Assembly: GCF_018977255.1 (NCBI RefSeq)
Contig: NW_024704742.1
Coordinates: 75,208,001 to 75,272,000 of the forward strand
DNA: 64,000 nt
Source of the DNA: Callorhinchus milii
Lineage: Eukaryota
Reading direction: 5' to 3'
Shown: positions 61,982 to 64,000 of the stretch, one piece after another
Position numbering within the stretch: position 1 is the stretch's first letter
Layout of the letters: the number at the start of each line of letters is the position of its first letter
Position numbers and translations under genes: made by a program
Notes under the pieces: generated by a model
Database searches by the model: none
Told to the model about the DNA's origin: nothing
What the model saw: only the letters and a program-made list of their open reading frames with translations

Positions 61982-62156
61982 GTAAGTCTTGATATTCTCT
62001 AACATTTTTATGTGCCATGTACTGCAAACTAAAATAGTGTTATTTATCTGTTCCATAGTGAAACTTGAACAAATAGCAGCAAAGGAGAGGCAAATGCAAA
62101 TATATCAGCTCTCAGTTGGCTGCTGCTCCACATGCTCAGACAAAACCAATTGCTGA

Positions 62157-62410
62157 CATAGAATCAATCATAGAATCATAGAATTACACAGCACAAAAGG
62201 AGGCCATTCAGCACATTGTGTCTGTGCCGGCTCTTTGAAAAGAGCTATCCCATTCCTCCGCGCTCTCCCCATAGCCCTGCAAACTTGTCCTCCCCAAATA
62301 ATTATCTACTTCTCTCTTAAAAGTTATTATCAAATCAGCTTCTGCCACCCTTTCAGGCAATGCATTCCAGATCTGAACAACTTGCTGTGTGAAAACATTT
62401 CTCCTCACTT
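62157..62410 (-). mobile_element. CR1 3' end
   Basis: (catagaat)n tail; FTQQVVQIWNALPERVAEA on the - strand. A similar piece lies at ~25150-25300(-). Confidence 0.85.
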
Positions 62411-62464
62411 AGGCAATCTTCAGAGTCATTTTCTTCTAGTTATATGGTGAATTTTTGTTTTAGA

Positions 62465-62735
62465 GATTTAAGATAATTAGCAAAAGAACCAGAGGGGAGA
62501 TGAGGAAAACATTTTTTACCCATAGAGTTGTTATGATCTGGAACACTGGCTGAAAGGGTGGTGAAAGCAAATTAGTAATAGCTTTCAAAAGGGAATTAGA
62601 TAGGTACTTAAAAAGAAAAGATTTGCAAGGCTATGGGGTAAATGCGGGGGAATGGGATTATTTAGTAGCTCTTTCAAAGAGCTAGCACAGGCACAAATGG
62701 CCTCCTCCTGTGCTGTAAGAATCTATGATTCTATG
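62465..62735 (+). mobile_element. CR1 3' end
   Basis: Ends ctatgattctatg; inverted relative to the 62157-62410 copy. Other CR1 fragments at ~4150-4375(+), ~4530-4810(-), ~23885-24225(-), ~27615-27850(+), ~31790-32190(+), ~32655-33000(+), ~36200-36600(+) and ~43010-43230(+). Confidence 0.85.
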
Positions 62736-62849
62736 CTATCACTTGCCATCTCTCCTAGGCTCGACATCAAGCTCTACTCTTAAGCGCTCTGACAAAAACA
62801 ACTTGCACTTATTTAGCACCCACGTGAAGGGTTGAAGAGACTGCCTTTA

Positions 62850-63560
62850 CTTGTCTCTTCAAACGGTTTCTCCTCCCGCCCCCACCCGGTCACCTGTGTC
62901 ATACCCCATGCATCAATCCTTGGCCCCCTCTTCTTCCTCATCATCATGCTCCCTCTTGGCGATGTCATCCGCAGACAACTTCCACGGGTATGTGGATGAC
63001 CACAAATCTACTTCCCCTCCTCCAGCTGCGACTCCAGCTCCGGCAATGTTCTGTCAGCTTGTCTGGCAGAAATCAGGGCCTGGATAAGCTCAAACTTCCT
63101 GCAACAAAGCGTTGACAAAACAAAACCATACACCTTGGCTCCTGTTAACCTCTTCTATCCTGCGACTCTGAGCTCTTCAACCTCCTCGGCCTATCCCTCA
63201 GATTCTTGAGAAGCCTTGGGATGTCCTCCCGACCGAAAATCCCTTCATACCCTGGCACTGCCTTACTTCTCTGACTGGCTTACTCCCCAACCATTACCCG
63301 CTGCCTCGACTCGATGGGCTCTGGCCTCCTACTTATCCCTCATGCCCTCCGTTTCACCATCGGTGGCCGTGCTTTCAGCCACTATGCATCGAAACTCTGG
63401 AACACTCTTCCTCTATCACTCCACCTAGCCCCTTCCTTCCCCATCCTAAGACCTTCCTCTTCAACCTTGCCTACGGTCACCTTCCCCCTCCGTCTGCTCG
63501 GTGTTGTCCTCCACCACTGTCAAGCACCCTGGGACACTACCTCTTGGCGATGTCTTGGGG
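62850..63560 (+). mobile_element. L2 fragments (RT FHGYVDD region and 3' end)
   Basis: NFHGYVDD and IGGRAFSHYASKLWNTLP. Other L2 3' pieces at ~18315-18570(+), ~30500-30900(-), ~42225-42445(+), ~46380-46785(+) and ~60820-61060(-). Confidence 0.8.
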
Positions 63561-64000
63561 TGCTTAACAGTGATGGGTCTTGATGCCAGAGAGCCAGAGC
63601 CAGGGAGAGTAGGAGAGGTACCCAAGGAATCTCATTGATTTTGATGGCTCTCAAGGTGGTATTTTGAATTGTCACAGTGTAAAAGAGCAAATGCTTTGGA
63701 GGCTCACAGATTGATTGGAAAGGATTCTGCTTACGTGAGAAGTATGTGGACTAAATTGTGGCTTTCCATGAGATCACAATTTGTGATAAAGCCCAAGGGA
63801 AATCCATAATAAATAATCATTTTTACATGTGATATTGCACCATTCATGTTTAGGAGGATGTGTCAAAGAGCTTTACAGGACTTAATGATTCAATGATAAT
63901 AATCTTTTTATTTGATACAGTGACTTTCATGTCAGGAGGACGTCACAAAATGCTTCACAGGATATGTGCAAAGTGTAGTGACTGTGTACTTCATACAAGC

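Overview
Vertebrate genomic DNA dominated by repeats. The repeat set (tRNA-Ala-headed Deu-type SINEs with (TAT)n tails, C-rich L2 LINEs, CR1 LINEs with (ATTCTATG)n tails) suggests a cartilaginous fish, possibly a chimaera; this is an inference. The only protein-coding gene I can identify confidently is a tachykinin receptor of the NK3R/TACR3 type on the + strand. Exon 1 CDS is 55575-55999 and exon 2 is 61790-61981, spliced through the DRY motif; the remaining exons lie beyond the window. Exon 1 is CpG-rich and sits between a ~2.1 kb GT-rich array and a ~1.9 kb 20-bp minisatellite. Other elements are a Gmr1-type Ty3/gypsy relic, an internally deleted mariner, a CCHC-containing non-LTR family with a structured 3' UTR, and a Penelope-like remnant. 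The most interesting unexplained structure is at ~20.5-30.2 kb: a chain of phase-compatible exon-like segments from an unidentified and apparently decayed + strand gene. One 63-nt exon of this chain lies on the opposite strand, inside a 310-bp segment bounded by perfect 26-bp inverted repeats; flipping that segment places the exon in frame between its neighbours. A perfect 29-bp-arm hairpin sits in the same region. Most long ORFs in the track are transposon- or low-complexity-derived. Repeat boundaries are approximate, family assignments come from recalled motifs, and no database searches were run.
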